Positions 1 to 9,517 of a DNA stretch of 32,000 nt are shown here, piece after piece. Under the pieces are notes generated by a model. That model saw only the letters and a list, made by a program, of their open reading frames with translations, did not search any database and was not told where the DNA came from. The stretch is from positions 73,529 to 105,528 of the forward strand of contig CAYYXT010000005.1 in assembly GCA_964475825.1 (NCBI GenBank). The letters are read 5' to 3'. The DNA comes from an uncultured Nitrosopumilaceae archaeon. Lineage in GTDB: Archaea; Thermoproteota; Nitrososphaeria; Nitrososphaerales; Nitrosopumilaceae. A program made the translations under genes and the position numbers. Position 1 is the first letter of the stretch; each line of letters begins with the position of its first letter.

Positions 1-582
1 ATGAGGCATCATGCCAACAACATTGCCGTCCTCATTACAAACGCCAGCTATTCTATCTGAAGAGCCATTTACTACTTCACTGTATCTAAATACAATTTGA
101 TTTTTTTTCTTCAATTTTTTAAGTGTCTCATCATCCACATAATATCTTCCTTCACCATTTGCAATTGGAATTGGAATTTTTTGATATAGTTTTAATTTAT
201 TTGTAAAAGGAGTCTTGTTATTTTCAACTATCAGATTAGTCCACTTACACATAAAATTAAGTGAAATATTTTTGAGCAATGCGCCAGGTAATAATCCAGC
301 CTCTACAAGAATTTGAAATCCATTACATACGCCTAAAATAGGAATTCCTTTTTCTGCCATTTTTCGGACATCTTTAATTATTGGGCTATGAGCCGCAATT
401 GCTCCTGATCTCAATCTGTCACCATAAGAAAACCCACCTGGAAGGATTACGGCATCGATGTTTTTTGGTAGTCCTTTTTCATGCCAAAAATACTCAGCAT
501 CAAGTTTGAAAACATCAGTCAAGACATGATACATGTCTCGATCACAATTACTACCTGGAAAAACTACTACACCTACCTTCAC
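1..582 (-). CDS. purQ: phosphoribosylformylglycinamidine synthase glutaminase subunit PurQ (C-terminus cut by window edge)
   Basis: Absent from the ORF track because it runs off the window. Minus-strand translation from GTG at 582 reads VKVGVVVFPGSNCDRDMYH...ILPGGFSYGD...ILGVCNGFQILVEAGLLPG and ends at the window edge with VVGMMPH. These are the amidotransferase nucleophile motif and the MPHPE-type motif of PurQ. It lies next to purS. Confidence 0.9.
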   Translation of the reverse strand, partial: MKVGVVVFPGSNCDRDMYHVLTDVFKLDAEYFWHEKGLPKNIDAVILPGGFSYGDRLRSGAIAAHSPIIKDVRKMAEKGIPILGVCNGFQILVEAGLLPGALLKNISLNFMCKWTNLIVENNKTPFTNKLKLYQKIPIPIANGEGRYYVDDETLKKLKKKNQIVFRYSEVVNGSSDRIAGVCNEDGNVVGMMPH

Positions 583-761
583 AATTAGTTTTATCAACAG
601 AGATATTTAATTTGAATCTAGTCAAAAAATACCAAAATAAAGAATCAACTGATCGCTTTGTCCACAATCACAGGTCAGATGTAATGAATTACAGAGATCT
701 GTTGTGAATACAGGAAATTGCTCATAAATTGAATAATTTAGAATATAAAATCAAATATCAA

Positions 762-1025
762 CTAAGCATCAAATACATCAATTGTAACTTTACTTACCAT
801 CGGATTGTAAATGCGTAATTCATCGCAGATTTCTTGGACTTTGGTTTTTGCAGATTTTTTATCTTTTTCTTTGATGGTAAATTTTAGCATTTTTGCAGTT
901 TTGATTTTAGATATTGCAGAATGTGTGCCTTTCAATACAAGATCATTTAGAATTGTTTCACCTTCAGGATCGCTGATTCCAGGTTTGTTTTCAATGGTCA
1001 CATGAACATTAAAAGTAGCCATCAA
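762..1025 (-). CDS. purS: phosphoribosylformylglycinamidine synthase subunit PurS
   Basis: 87 aa. It has the PurS-like pattern (VTIENKPGISDPEGETILNDL...KVQEICDELRIYNPMVSKVTI), typical PurS size, and sits next to purQ. Confidence 0.85.
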   Translation of the reverse strand: MMATFNVHVTIENKPGISDPEGETILNDLVLKGTHSAISKIKTAKMLKFTIKEKDKKSAKTKVQEICDELRIYNPMVSKVTIDVFDA

Positions 1026-1247
1026 TAATTTGCAAAATTAAAAAGAGGTTAATCTATCTTCCTACTAGGTTTGTGCTTTTATACTTAAATTCAGATAAAC
1101 ATCTTATCCAATTCGTGTAACTTATGTCATTGTTTCATGTGCATGTACATAATAGATTAGCAGTAATAATTTTTCAAAACTAGTTTCATCTTTATACAAA
1201 TGATAATTGGCAATATTTTGAACAAAATATTTAAAAAAAATAAAAAA

Positions 1248-2027
1248 CTAGTTGCTTCCGATTAGGAAGACAACATTAGCGCTGGTACTAACATCCTGAT
1301 CTGATGAGAATATCGGTGTTGGTGCAGATGATTTTTCCATTCCACCATAAGCCATGTCATACATTGGTGTTGGATATGGCATTGAAAATTCAGATAGGGA
1401 TATCTCCTTCACTCCAATTATCTTGTAGTTAAGTGGAGATAACGCCATTTCTGCTTTTGACTTTGCATTAAGAATCGCTTTTTCTAAAAGGTCATCCTTG
1501 AGTTTGGAATAAACTTCTGGAGATAGTGAAAAAAATACACTGTCTACTCGGTTGACTCCTGCACTTACTGCACTATCAATGATTGCAGCTACACTGTCAA
1601 GTTTCTCAGTTTTTACATTGATGATATTACTTACTCTATATCCAACAAGTTCTTGGGTATACTTACCAGTTTCTTTTTCCTGATAGTTATCATATACAGG
1701 ATAGATGTTAAACTGGGAGGTACTAATTTCTGAATCAGTAATTCCAACTTGTGTTATAGCGGCTATCACTTTGTTCATCAATTCAGAGTTTGCAGCGAGT
1801 GCGTCTCTAGCAGTTTTTTCTTGAATTTCAACACCAAAACTAATGTTTGCAAGATCTGGGTCTACACTTGAAATTGCATTTCCTGTCACAGATATCACTT
1901 TTTCTCTAGATGGAAAGGGAGTGACCTCTTGTGCATTTGCATTTGGTGCAACCGAAATTGCGCTCATAGTCACAGAGACTACCAGTACAGCAATGATTGC
2001 TGTGATGATTTGTTTTGAATGTTTCAT
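1248..2027 (-). CDS. secreted SIMPL/DUF541-family protein
   Basis: N-terminal signal/TM segment, then ISVTGNA..VDPDLANISFGVEIQEKTARDALAANSELMNKVIAAITQVGITDSEISTSQFNIYPVYD, the typical SIMPL (26 kDa periplasmic immunogenic protein-like) pattern. Confidence 0.7.
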   Translation of the reverse strand: MKHSKQIITAIIAVLVVSVTMSAISVAPNANAQEVTPFPSREKVISVTGNAISSVDPDLANISFGVEIQEKTARDALAANSELMNKVIAAITQVGITDSEISTSQFNIYPVYDNYQEKETGKYTQELVGYRVSNIINVKTEKLDSVAAIIDSAVSAGVNRVDSVFFSLSPEVYSKLKDDLLEKAILNAKSKAEMALSPLNYKIIGVKEISLSEFSMPYPTPMYDMAYGGMEKSSAPTPIFSSDQDVSTSANVVFLIGSN

Positions 2028-2106
2028 AATATACCGTGTGTATTTTTGTAGATAAGGTTTGATTAAATCTCATTTTAATAACAAGTCTTAATAAGATACT
2101 TCTAAT

Positions 2107-2829
2107 TTGACTGGTTCAATGAAAAACGATGTGGAAGATGATTCAGTAGGAATTTCAGACAGGGTGGAAATTCTATCAACAGAAGATCAAAAGATAAAGG
2201 CAATAGGAGAAATATTAAGTTCAGACTCAAGCAGAGAGATTTTAAAAATTTTGTTCAATGATTCATTGACGGCAAATCAAATATCACAAAAGACAGAGAT
2301 TTCATTACCACTGGTGATTTATCATTTAAAAAAGATGCGAGAATCAGGAGTAGTAAAAATCACAAGTGTTGGAAAAAATACAAAATCACATGACATGAAG
2401 TTTTACACAGTAGACAAGCTTGCAATCATAATCCTACCATCAAAAATGTCCGAGCCTGCAAAAAAGAGTAAATCTCTTTTTAATTCATTTACAAGAATTC
2501 ACAGATTGGCAACACTTGGAGGAGTATCTATAGCTGCATGGTTTTCATCACAGATTATCCAAAAAGGGACAGAGCCCAGATTATACATAGAAGAACAAAC
2601 TCCAATGATGAGTTCTACACCTTCAGAAACGCCGGAAATATCTCTCAAAGCAATGCCTGTGGAGGACGTAGGCAATACCATAACTGCATCTGCACTACAA
2701 ACCACAGACCCATTAGTTCAATTCTTATGGTCTGCAATAGCAGTGTTGGCAGTAATAGTTACAGGTCTTGTTATCGAAGTAATAATTTCCAAAAAACACA
2801 GTTCCAAATCAATCAATCACCTCTCTTGA
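2107..2829 (+). CDS. membrane-anchored ArsR-like winged-helix regulator
   Basis: The ILSSDSSREILKILFNDSLTANQISQKTEISLPLVIYHLKKMRESGVV segment looks like an ArsR/SmtB HTH. Hydrophobic helices lie near residues 140-155 and 205-230. The track start is TTG; ATG at 2119 is an alternative. Confidence 0.55.
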   Translation: MTGSMKNDVEDDSVGISDRVEILSTEDQKIKAIGEILSSDSSREILKILFNDSLTANQISQKTEISLPLVIYHLKKMRESGVVKITSVGKNTKSHDMKFYTVDKLAIIILPSKMSEPAKKSKSLFNSFTRIHRLATLGGVSIAAWFSSQIIQKGTEPRLYIEEQTPMMSSTPSETPEISLKAMPVEDVGNTITASALQTTDPLVQFLWSAIAVLAVIVTGLVIEVIISKKHSSKSINHLS

Positions 2830-2975
2830 AATTACATCTAGTCAAAATTGAAAATATTTTATTGTATTAGAAATTGAAGATGTGTTCAGGTAAATATCAA
2901 TATCATCTAGATATACTAAATTATTTAGTTCTTGTAGTTACATTTAGAAATACAATACGAAACGATTTTGTGTAT

Positions 2976-3137
2976 TCATGACTTGAATTTTTTGAGTCCC
3001 TCTGCTAGTACCAAGTTCAGTACATGTGAAAAACTAACAGATTTAGAGGTAGTTTTGATCATCTTTGCCTGAATATTTCTTAGTTTTTCAGCATTTGAGG
3101 AATCAAGAACAATTGTTATTCGCCTATTCAATAGCAT
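2976..3137 (-). CDS. small ribbon-helix-helix (CopG/Arc-like) DNA-binding protein, 53 aa (below ORF-track size cut-off)
   Basis: My own minus-strand translation: MLLNRRITIVLDSSNAEKLRNIQAKMIKTTSKSVSFSHVLNLVLAEGLKKFKS. It shows the RHH pattern of a beta-strand (RITIVLD) followed by two helices. Confidence 0.45.
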   Translation of the reverse strand: MLLNRRITIVLDSSNAEKLRNIQAKMIKTTSKSVSFSHVLNLVLAEGLKKFKS

Positions 3138-3231
3138 ACTTACAAGTTCTTCATATAAAAAGAGACCAAGAAATTATACAAATATTGCCAGACATTGGAA
3201 TTTATATCAGATTATTTGAGAGTATCACGTA

Positions 3232-3696
3232 TTGTCAAGATCAAGATATTGGAAGATTACTCCTGATGAAATGCAGAATTTTATCTATAATGAAGAAAAA
3301 TTACTAAATTGGGAAATTAAATGCATTAGAGATCCAGATGTAGACGCAATTTTCATCGGTATTTTCATGTATAGAAACGGTACACCGTATGACTATGAGT
3401 CAATCAAGGGAATTACCTATTATTACAACAATATACCAAGAAGCGAATTGCCTTCTATCACAAGTTTCCTTCAAGAGAGGTTTGGTGGAAAAGAGATGGC
3501 GAAAGGCGAAAGAATATTTCTCAAAGATTCAAAAGAAATCTATTCCAGTAAAGACATAGCAGCATTAGCAAAAGGTATGGAACAGAAATTTAAGACCAAA
3601 GCCATTATCTCCTTAGAATTCCATGATTTGAGTACGGAAGAACTCAAAAATGCAGGATTGCCAGAAGCAAAACTACTTCCGATTCCAGGCAAATAG
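3232..3696 (+). CDS. hypothetical protein
   Basis: 154-aa ORF with no motif I recognise. The track start is TTG; an in-frame ATG at 3271 is a possible true start. Confidence 0.4.
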   Translation: MSRSRYWKITPDEMQNFIYNEEKLLNWEIKCIRDPDVDAIFIGIFMYRNGTPYDYESIKGITYYYNNIPRSELPSITSFLQERFGGKEMAKGERIFLKDSKEIYSSKDIAALAKGMEQKFKTKAIISLEFHDLSTEELKNAGLPEAKLLPIPGK

Positions 3697-3726
3697 ATAA
3701 AACAGTTTAAGATAGATGAATTTTAG

Positions 3727-4527
3727 ATGTCATCAATTGAAGGTATCAATCAACATCTAGAAGAATTAAGAAAACGGGTTATGCGAATTATTATAGTATT
3801 AGGAGTAATTTTTGTATTTATAATTTCATGTCATTTATACCCAATTGATGTTGCAGGGTTACAACTATACTATCCCGCACTAGATCCAGTGAATAATGTT
3901 GCCGCACAGATTACAAATCATATGAAAAATAATTTAGTTCCAGAAGGAGTTCAATTAATACAAACAGAACCAGGGCAAGCTCTCTTTGCCCAAATTTATG
4001 TCGGAGCACTTGTAACGATAGTAGTTGGAATGCCAGTAATAATCAAAGAGTTAGTAGGGTTCATAAAGCCAGCATTAAAAGAACGTGAAATTAAAGTTAC
4101 TCGTAGCATTGCACTTCCTGCATTAGCATTATTCATAACAGGTTGTATCTTTTCATATTTTTTAGTAATTCCATACATGTTAGAATTCCTTTACATGTAT
4201 GGAGATGCATCAGGATTAATTACATTTCTTAACATAATGGATTTCATTACGTTTGTTTTACAATATTTACTTGCGTTCGGTGTGTCATTTCAGCTCCCAT
4301 TGATAATGTATGCCTTGACAATGTCAGGAATAGTAGGCGATAATTTTTGGAGAAAAAACATAAGATATGCCATACTAGCAATCACAGTCTTTGGTGCAAT
4401 AGTTACTCCGGATGGAAGTGGTGTTACCATGTGGTTCATTGCAGTACCGATGATGGCTCTTTATCTCGGAGGTATGATAATAATTGAGCATAAAAAACGT
4501 AAAAAAGATTTAAATCTTAAATCATAG
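3727..4527 (+). CDS. tatC: twin-arginine translocase subunit TatC
   Basis: N-terminal HLEELRKRVMRIII motif, about six hydrophobic helices, typical TatC length, and tatA immediately downstream. Confidence 0.9.
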   Translation: MSSIEGINQHLEELRKRVMRIIIVLGVIFVFIISCHLYPIDVAGLQLYYPALDPVNNVAAQITNHMKNNLVPEGVQLIQTEPGQALFAQIYVGALVTIVVGMPVIIKELVGFIKPALKEREIKVTRSIALPALALFITGCIFSYFLVIPYMLEFLYMYGDASGLITFLNIMDFITFVLQYLLAFGVSFQLPLIMYALTMSGIVGDNFWRKNIRYAILAITVFGAIVTPDGSGVTMWFIAVPMMALYLGGMIIIEHKKRKKDLNLKS

Positions 4528-4539
4528 ACTAAAACTCAG

Positions 4540-4749
4540 ATGACACTACAAAGCATTTTTCTTGCAATGCCTGGAATACCTGAGATATTGGTAATTTTAG
4601 TGCTAGCAGCAGTTTTTATCTTCGGAGCAAAAAAAATACCAGAACTAGCTAAAACTTTGGGTAAAGCAAAAGGGGAGTTTGAGAAAGGTAAGCTTGAAGG
4701 AGAAAAAGAGCTTAATGATTTTAAAAACAAAGAAAAAAAGTTAGACTAG
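4540..4749 (+). CDS. tatA: twin-arginine translocase subunit TatA/E
   Basis: PGIPEILVILVLAAVFIFGAKKIPELAKTLGKAKGEFEKG is the canonical TatA TM helix plus amphipathic helix. The true start may be the internal Met before PGIPE. Confidence 0.8.
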   Translation: MTLQSIFLAMPGIPEILVILVLAAVFIFGAKKIPELAKTLGKAKGEFEKGKLEGEKELNDFKNKEKKLD

Positions 4750-5174
4750 TGCTCTGCAATTGCAACAAATTCATCAATAATTTTAGAATAGTCATTTAGA
4801 ATCTTATTTTTACCAAAAAAATCAGATAGTTTCATCATGCCTTTTAGTTTCCAATCAATTTCAAGAGTCAACTTTGTTCCATGTAAAATGTGCTCATATC
4901 GTTTAATGATATGAGTGCCTTTTGCATCTCCTCCAATAATAAAAATTTCATGTAGCAATGGTTCATCAATTACATGTTTTACCATCATAACTAATTCTCG
5001 TCCACCAATTCGCAGATGTTCTTCTACAACAGACACATTTCCACGAACGGATATTACTCTGACAGAGGGATAGTATTGTGGAAGAATTTTTTGAAAATTT
5101 TCATAATTTGTTGTAAGTTCAAAGACTTTTTTTCTATCAGCCTTTATGATTTTTTCAAAAATAATTTTTGGCAA
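4746..5174 (-). CDS. SRPBCC (START/polyketide-cyclase-like) family protein
   Basis: 142 aa. The N-terminal IIKADRKKVFELTTNYENFQKILPQY and overall size resemble Polyketide_cyc2/SRPBCC proteins. Judged by eye only. Confidence 0.5.
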   Translation of the reverse strand: MPKIIFEKIIKADRKKVFELTTNYENFQKILPQYYPSVRVISVRGNVSVVEEHLRIGGRELVMMVKHVIDEPLLHEIFIIGGDAKGTHIIKRYEHILHGTKLTLEIDWKLKGMMKLSDFFGKNKILNDYSKIIDEFVAIAEH

Positions 5175-5181
5175 TTATAAT

Positions 5182-5739
5182 TTAGAAAGTACCCCAGCGA
5201 GGGTATAAACCGTGCTCTAGATCAAATTGGTCCAAGCATTTTCCAACACCGTGGTTTACAATATCATCAATAGTTTTTGGTTTTGTGTAAAATTCTGTAA
5301 CAGGTGGCAAAATTACAACACCCAATCTAGACAGCTTGAGCATATTTTCAAGAGGTATTGCAGAGAGTGGAGTTTCTCTGACCATTAAAATTAGTTTTCT
5401 AGATTCCTTAATTGTAACACCCGCTGCTCTTGCTACAAGAGTATCATCGTAGCCATTTGCAATTGCAGATAGTGTTTTCATACTACATGGTGCAACTATC
5501 ATACCGTCGACTTTATGAGTTCCACTAGAAACACTAGATGCCATGTTTTTTTCATCAGAAATGTTTGTTGCAAGAGACTTTACATAATCAAGTTGAAATT
5601 CAGTCTCCATAGAAATACACTTGATAGCCCACTCAGACATTATCAGATGAGTTTCAACACCTAATTTCTTGAGAACCTCTAACAAACGAATTCCATAGAT
5701 TACACCCGTGCTACCAGTAATACCAACTACCAATTTCAT
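5182..5739 (-). CDS. ubiX: flavin prenyltransferase UbiX
   Basis: [38 protein letters not shown]...[29 protein letters not shown]-like motifs match the UbiX/Pad1 flavoprotein family. Confidence 0.9.
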   Translation of the reverse strand: [185 protein letters not shown]

Positions 5740-5806
5740 TATGAATTATCTAAAATATCATGGTATTTTATCTATTAGATAGTAAGTGGAGTTGGGCACT
5801 TGTAGA

Positions 5807-6001
5807 CTAGATATTTTGTGGCTCATCACCGTACGCATCTAATTTGTGTTGTTCCTTTCTTCTTTTAAGCCATAAAGAAATTCCACCCACTGTCATTGCA
5901 GATAGCAAAATTACTCCAGCCATCTGTAATTCAAGAGAATATAACACATAATTACCTACAAGTCTTTTCAGAAAAATCTTTTGATCAGAGAATCGATCCA
6001 A
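5807..6001 (-). CDS. small membrane protein (hypothetical)
   Basis: 64-aa ORF with one clear hydrophobic helix (AGVILLSAMTVGGISLWL). No other support. Confidence 0.3.
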   Translation of the reverse strand: MDRFSDQKIFLKRLVGNYVLYSLELQMAGVILLSAMTVGGISLWLKRRKEQHKLDAYGDEPQNI

Positions 6002-6046
6002 ATAATTGAAAATTAGCTATATTAGTTCCTGTTTTGTAGTCAACAT

Positions 6047-7138
6047 GTGATTAATAATTCTGAGATTAAAAAAATTGTAAGTGGGTATTCGGATGTAAGA
6101 ATAGGAGTGATGGGAAGTCATTCTGCATTAGAAGTTATGGACGGAGCAAAAGATGAAAATTTTCAGACTGTTGTTTACTGCCAAAAAGGCAGAGAAGAGC
6201 CCTATCAAAGATTCAGTAGAATAGCCGATGAAATTGTAGTTTTAAATAAATTCAAAGACATGGCATCACCTAAAATTCAAAAAACTATGAGAGATACAAA
6301 CACCATAGTGATTCCCCATAGATCACTCACAGTGTATCTTGGATACAAAACTCTGGAAAATTCATTCAAAGTTCCAATATTTGGAAATAGAAAGTTATTC
6401 CAGGCAGAAGAAAGAACTGCCAAACGAAATCAATATTATTTATTAGAAAAAGCAAAGATAAAATTTCCAAAATTATTCAAAGACCCAAAAAGCATCAACA
6501 TGCCATGTATTGTTAAAGTTCAAGAAATGAAAAGGCCGTTAGAACGTGCTTTCTTTACTGTGTCATCATACAAAGACTATAAAGAAAAATCAGAGGCAAA
6601 GATAAAACAAGGATTAATCTCTAGAAAAGATTTAGAAAAATCAAGCATAGAAGAACTAGCAATTGGAACATACATGAATTTTAATTTCTTTCACACACCA
6701 ATATCAAAACAAGTTGATTTTATAGGAATAGAAAGAAGACTTCAAACCAATGTGCATGACTATAATGCGCTTCCTGCAAAACAACAATTGGAGATAGATA
6801 TAGATTTACAAAATATCGAAGTGGGTCACACACCAGCAAGCATCCGAGAGTCACTACTTGAAAAAGTAATCAAGATGGGAGACAAATTTGTGGCTACTGT
6901 CAAAAAAGAATATGCCCCAGGAATCATAGGACCATTTTCACTACAAAGTGTAATTACAAAAGATTTGGAATTGGTAGTGTATGATGTATCACTTCGCGTT
7001 CCAGGTAATCCAATTGTAGCAACTACTAGTCCATACACAAAATATCAATACGGTAAAACCTTTGGAGTGGGCAGAAGAATAGCAATGGAGATAAGACGTG
7101 CTCAAGAAGAAGATCGTCTAGATGAAATAGTGACATAG
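6047..7138 (+). CDS. purP: 5-formaminoimidazole-4-carboxamide ribonucleotide (FAICAR) synthetase PurP
   Basis: IGVMGSHSALEVMDGAKDENFQTVVYCQKGREEPYQRF and ATP-grasp-like length (363 aa), typical of archaeal PurP. Other pur genes lie in the same window. Confidence 0.85.
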   Translation: MINNSEIKKIVSGYSDVRIGVMGSHSALEVMDGAKDENFQTVVYCQKGREEPYQRFSRIADEIVVLNKFKDMASPKIQKTMRDTNTIVIPHRSLTVYLGYKTLENSFKVPIFGNRKLFQAEERTAKRNQYYLLEKAKIKFPKLFKDPKSINMPCIVKVQEMKRPLERAFFTVSSYKDYKEKSEAKIKQGLISRKDLEKSSIEELAIGTYMNFNFFHTPISKQVDFIGIERRLQTNVHDYNALPAKQQLEIDIDLQNIEVGHTPASIRESLLEKVIKMGDKFVATVKKEYAPGIIGPFSLQSVITKDLELVVYDVSLRVPGNPIVATTSPYTKYQYGKTFGVGRRIAMEIRRAQEEDRLDEIVT

Positions 7139-7469
7139 AATTCTATTTTGTAATATTTTAAAAAACACATAGTTTCAGTTTAATCGATTCAATTTTCTAT
7201 ATAATGTCAAAATTCTGGGTGATGATGCTACTGTTTTTTGGTATTAATTGTTAATTGCCATGGTGTTGATAAATGTCAAATGACAAAGATATATTTCATT
7301 GGTAATACAAACAAATTTGTTAATTGGCTAGATTAGGAAATATATAGAATACCTAACGTTTTGATTCAAATAATTAAAAGAACGGTTTTTGTTTGAAACA
7401 AGATGCTGGATGCCAGTTAACATTAAAATACAAACTCTTTTTTGTCAGAGATTTTCATGAAATACACAA

Positions 7470-7730
7470 ATGCCAAGAACAATTTACATCCGTGAAATAA
7501 TCACAATACTAAAAGAACCAAAACTATGCCCCACATGTCAAAAAGATGACAGATTAGAAAAAAACGTTATTTTTGAAAGAAGATCTGATGGTCAAACAAT
7601 ACTTTGCACACGTTGTGAAGCATTAACAGTAGTTACAAACCACAATCTTAGAGAAGTGGAATTATCAGCTGCAAAAGACTATCAAGTGATGTTAAAAGAG
7701 CCACATCTCATACGAAAAGTCACATATTAA
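7470..7730 (+). CDS. hypothetical zinc-ribbon protein
   Basis: 86 aa with a CPTC...CTRC cysteine pair arrangement. Confidence 0.4.
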   Translation: MPRTIYIREIITILKEPKLCPTCQKDDRLEKNVIFERRSDGQTILCTRCEALTVVTNHNLREVELSAAKDYQVMLKEPHLIRKVTY

Positions 7731-7758
7731 ATTTTAGATATAAAAAATACAGACATAA

Positions 7759-7995
7759 TCAAGGAAGCAATTCTTTAATGATATAATTTCTGACATATGC
7801 AAATTCCCATTCCTTCAAGTCAGCGTTCTTACATTCTTCTTTAATGATTAATCCAGCAAGTCCTTTACTCCAAATGTGTCTGTTTACATCATATACCTCC
7901 AAAATTTTACCGTGTTTTGTGATTTTGATACTACCATGACATCTTTGGATAACTTTAGCAGCGACATTTTGATACAAAACATCAAGATTAGCCAT
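7759..7995 (-). CDS. hypothetical protein
   Basis: 78-aa ORF filling an otherwise empty interval. No recognisable motif. Confidence 0.35.
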   Translation of the reverse strand: MANLDVLYQNVAAKVIQRCHGSIKITKHGKILEVYDVNRHIWSKGLAGLIIKEECKNADLKEWEFAYVRNYIIKELLP

Positions 7996-8091
7996 GAAGA
8001 ATTATTAGTTTTCTGGATATGAAAAATGTTATGGTTTGTTAAAAAGCAAATATCGGTTATAATACCCATATATCTTAGAATGTAGAATAAT

Positions 8092-8160
8092 CAAATGCTG
8101 ATGATTAATAGAAAAGCTATATCTGATTGCTGATGAGTTTGCCGAATTATGAAGCATTTG
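8092..8160 (+). ncRNA. candidate C/D-box sRNA (non-canonical D box)
   Basis: Intergenic. Terminal stem caaatgc (8092-8098) pairs with gcatttg (8154-8160). C box cTGATGA is at 8098-8104, D' CTGA at 8123-8126 and C' cTGATGA at 8130-8136. A 12-nt spacer gtttgccgaatt follows, then ATGA (8149-8152) where the D box CTGA is expected. Weak points: the C-to-D' spacer is 18 nt rather than about 12, and the D box is AUGA. Confidence 0.35.
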
Positions 8161-8247
8161 TCATATACATTTTAGAATTCTAAACAGAGAATCAATTAAG
8201 ACAGAATTAGAGAATAAACCTCTACATATTGGAGAAGAAATTGTATT

Positions 8248-8814
8248 GTGATGGAAGATACCACAGATATTGTATTAGGTGCAAAAAAATTTGCCCAAGA
8301 AAAACACAAAAATCAAAAAAGGAAAGACGGAGTGACTCCATATTCTGATCATTTAGAGGGAGTTGTAAACAGACTCAAAAACTTGGGAGTTACAGATAAA
8401 GATGTATTGTGTGCAGCTTGGCTTCATGACATCATAGAAGATACAGAGGTTACTTTTGATCAGATCAATGAAAGATTTGGAAGGGAAGTTGCAGTGATTG
8501 TTTTATCATTATCAAAAGATCAAAATATTCCAAAAAAAGACAGAGAAATGCAATACATCGACCAGTTAAAAGATGCATCACTTCAAACAAAAATTATCAA
8601 ATTATGTGACATATCCGCAAATCTGAAAGATTTAGCAAATGCACCAATCTCAAAAACTCAGAAAAATAAACAGATCAAAAAGATTTTGCACTATCTCAGA
8701 ATAATTAAAAACGACATATCAGAAAACAAATCAGAATACCCAAAAATTCAAGAAATTATTGATGGGATAAACACAATATGCATTAAATTTAATCAAAATC
8801 CAATTTTAATTTAG
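8248..8814 (+). CDS. HD-domain phosphohydrolase (RelA/SpoT-type (p)ppGpp hydrolase-like)
   Basis: AKKFAQEKHKNQKRKDGVTPYSDHLEGVVNRL...AAWLHDIIEDT...REVAVIVLSLSK matches the HD_4 / SpoT hydrolase-domain pattern. Confidence 0.8.
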   Translation: MMEDTTDIVLGAKKFAQEKHKNQKRKDGVTPYSDHLEGVVNRLKNLGVTDKDVLCAAWLHDIIEDTEVTFDQINERFGREVAVIVLSLSKDQNIPKKDREMQYIDQLKDASLQTKIIKLCDISANLKDLANAPISKTQKNKQIKKILHYLRIIKNDISENKSEYPKIQEIIDGINTICIKFNQNPILI

Positions 8815-8824
8815 AATACAGAGA

Positions 8825-9220
8825 TCAGGTATCAAGGTCTACAACTGTAACAGTCATTGAAAGTGGAGGTGATAATGCTTCTGGGTTATCAACGCTTTCC
8901 CAAACAAATATTTCAACAGTATACAAACCAGATTCAGTTGGAGTCCAAGATTGTGCGGGGGAAAACGATTGTCTTGGAGAAAGGGAGCCAGTTAGCCACG
9001 ATAAAGAGATTACTACTTGATTTTCGTTTTTCACTTGAGTCAAATACGCAAATGGTTGTTGAGTATTTTGACTGTTTGAAATATCAGCAGTTATCATAAT
9101 TTGATTTCCAACAGTAAGAATATGAGCATTAGATGAAATTTGTGCCAAAACATATCCAGTATCAACAAAAGCCAAACTTGTAGTTGAAAATAAAATTAGA
9201 AGGATTATCAGAAATTTCAT
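8825..9220 (-). CDS. secreted hypothetical protein
   Basis: 131 aa with an N-terminal signal-like segment (MKFLIILLILFSTTSLAF) and a beta-rich remainder. Confidence 0.5.
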   Translation of the reverse strand: MKFLIILLILFSTTSLAFVDTGYVLAQISSNAHILTVGNQIMITADISNSQNTQQPFAYLTQVKNENQVVISLSWLTGSLSPRQSFSPAQSWTPTESGLYTVEIFVWESVDNPEALSPPLSMTVTVVDLDT

Positions 9221-9258
9221 AAATATTACTACTTTCCAGTATATTTAATCTATATAAA

Positions 9259-9471
9259 ATGAACAAACTTCCTGAGAAATTTCCTGAATATTTGATCATG
9301 TACAAAACACTCACAAAGAAAATTTTAGATTTGAAGGGTGAAAAGGCCAAATTACAAAATTCGGAATTAGAAAAAATGCAAAATAAAATAAAAAAATATG
9401 AATTAGAAAGAACAAAAATTATGAATATGTTTCCTGAAAATTTTTTTAATGATTACTCATTGGAGGGATGA
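9259..9471 (+). CDS. small coiled-coil protein (YK[ST]LTK...MFPE family, paralog of 13789-14049)
   Basis: 70 aa. It shares YKTLTKKI ...(about 35 aa of heptad-like sequence)... IMNMFPE with the 13789-14049 product (YKSLTKTI...IRDMFPE), with spacing within 1 residue. Confidence 0.45.
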   Translation: MNKLPEKFPEYLIMYKTLTKKILDLKGEKAKLQNSELEKMQNKIKKYELERTKIMNMFPENFFNDYSLEG

Positions 9472-9517
9472 ATTGGAAAATCACTATAATTTTAAGTGAG
9501 AAAGCAATAGATGTTCA

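Noticed and set aside
3065-3307. 80-aa plus-strand ORF with a TTG start
   Set aside because: It overlaps the convincing minus-strand RHH ORF and the start of 3232-3696, and its sequence has no protein-like features.
7219-7300. GTGATGA C-box-like motif in the 7139-7469 intergenic region
   Set aside because: No CTGA D or D' boxes lie at appropriate spacing, and there is no terminal stem.
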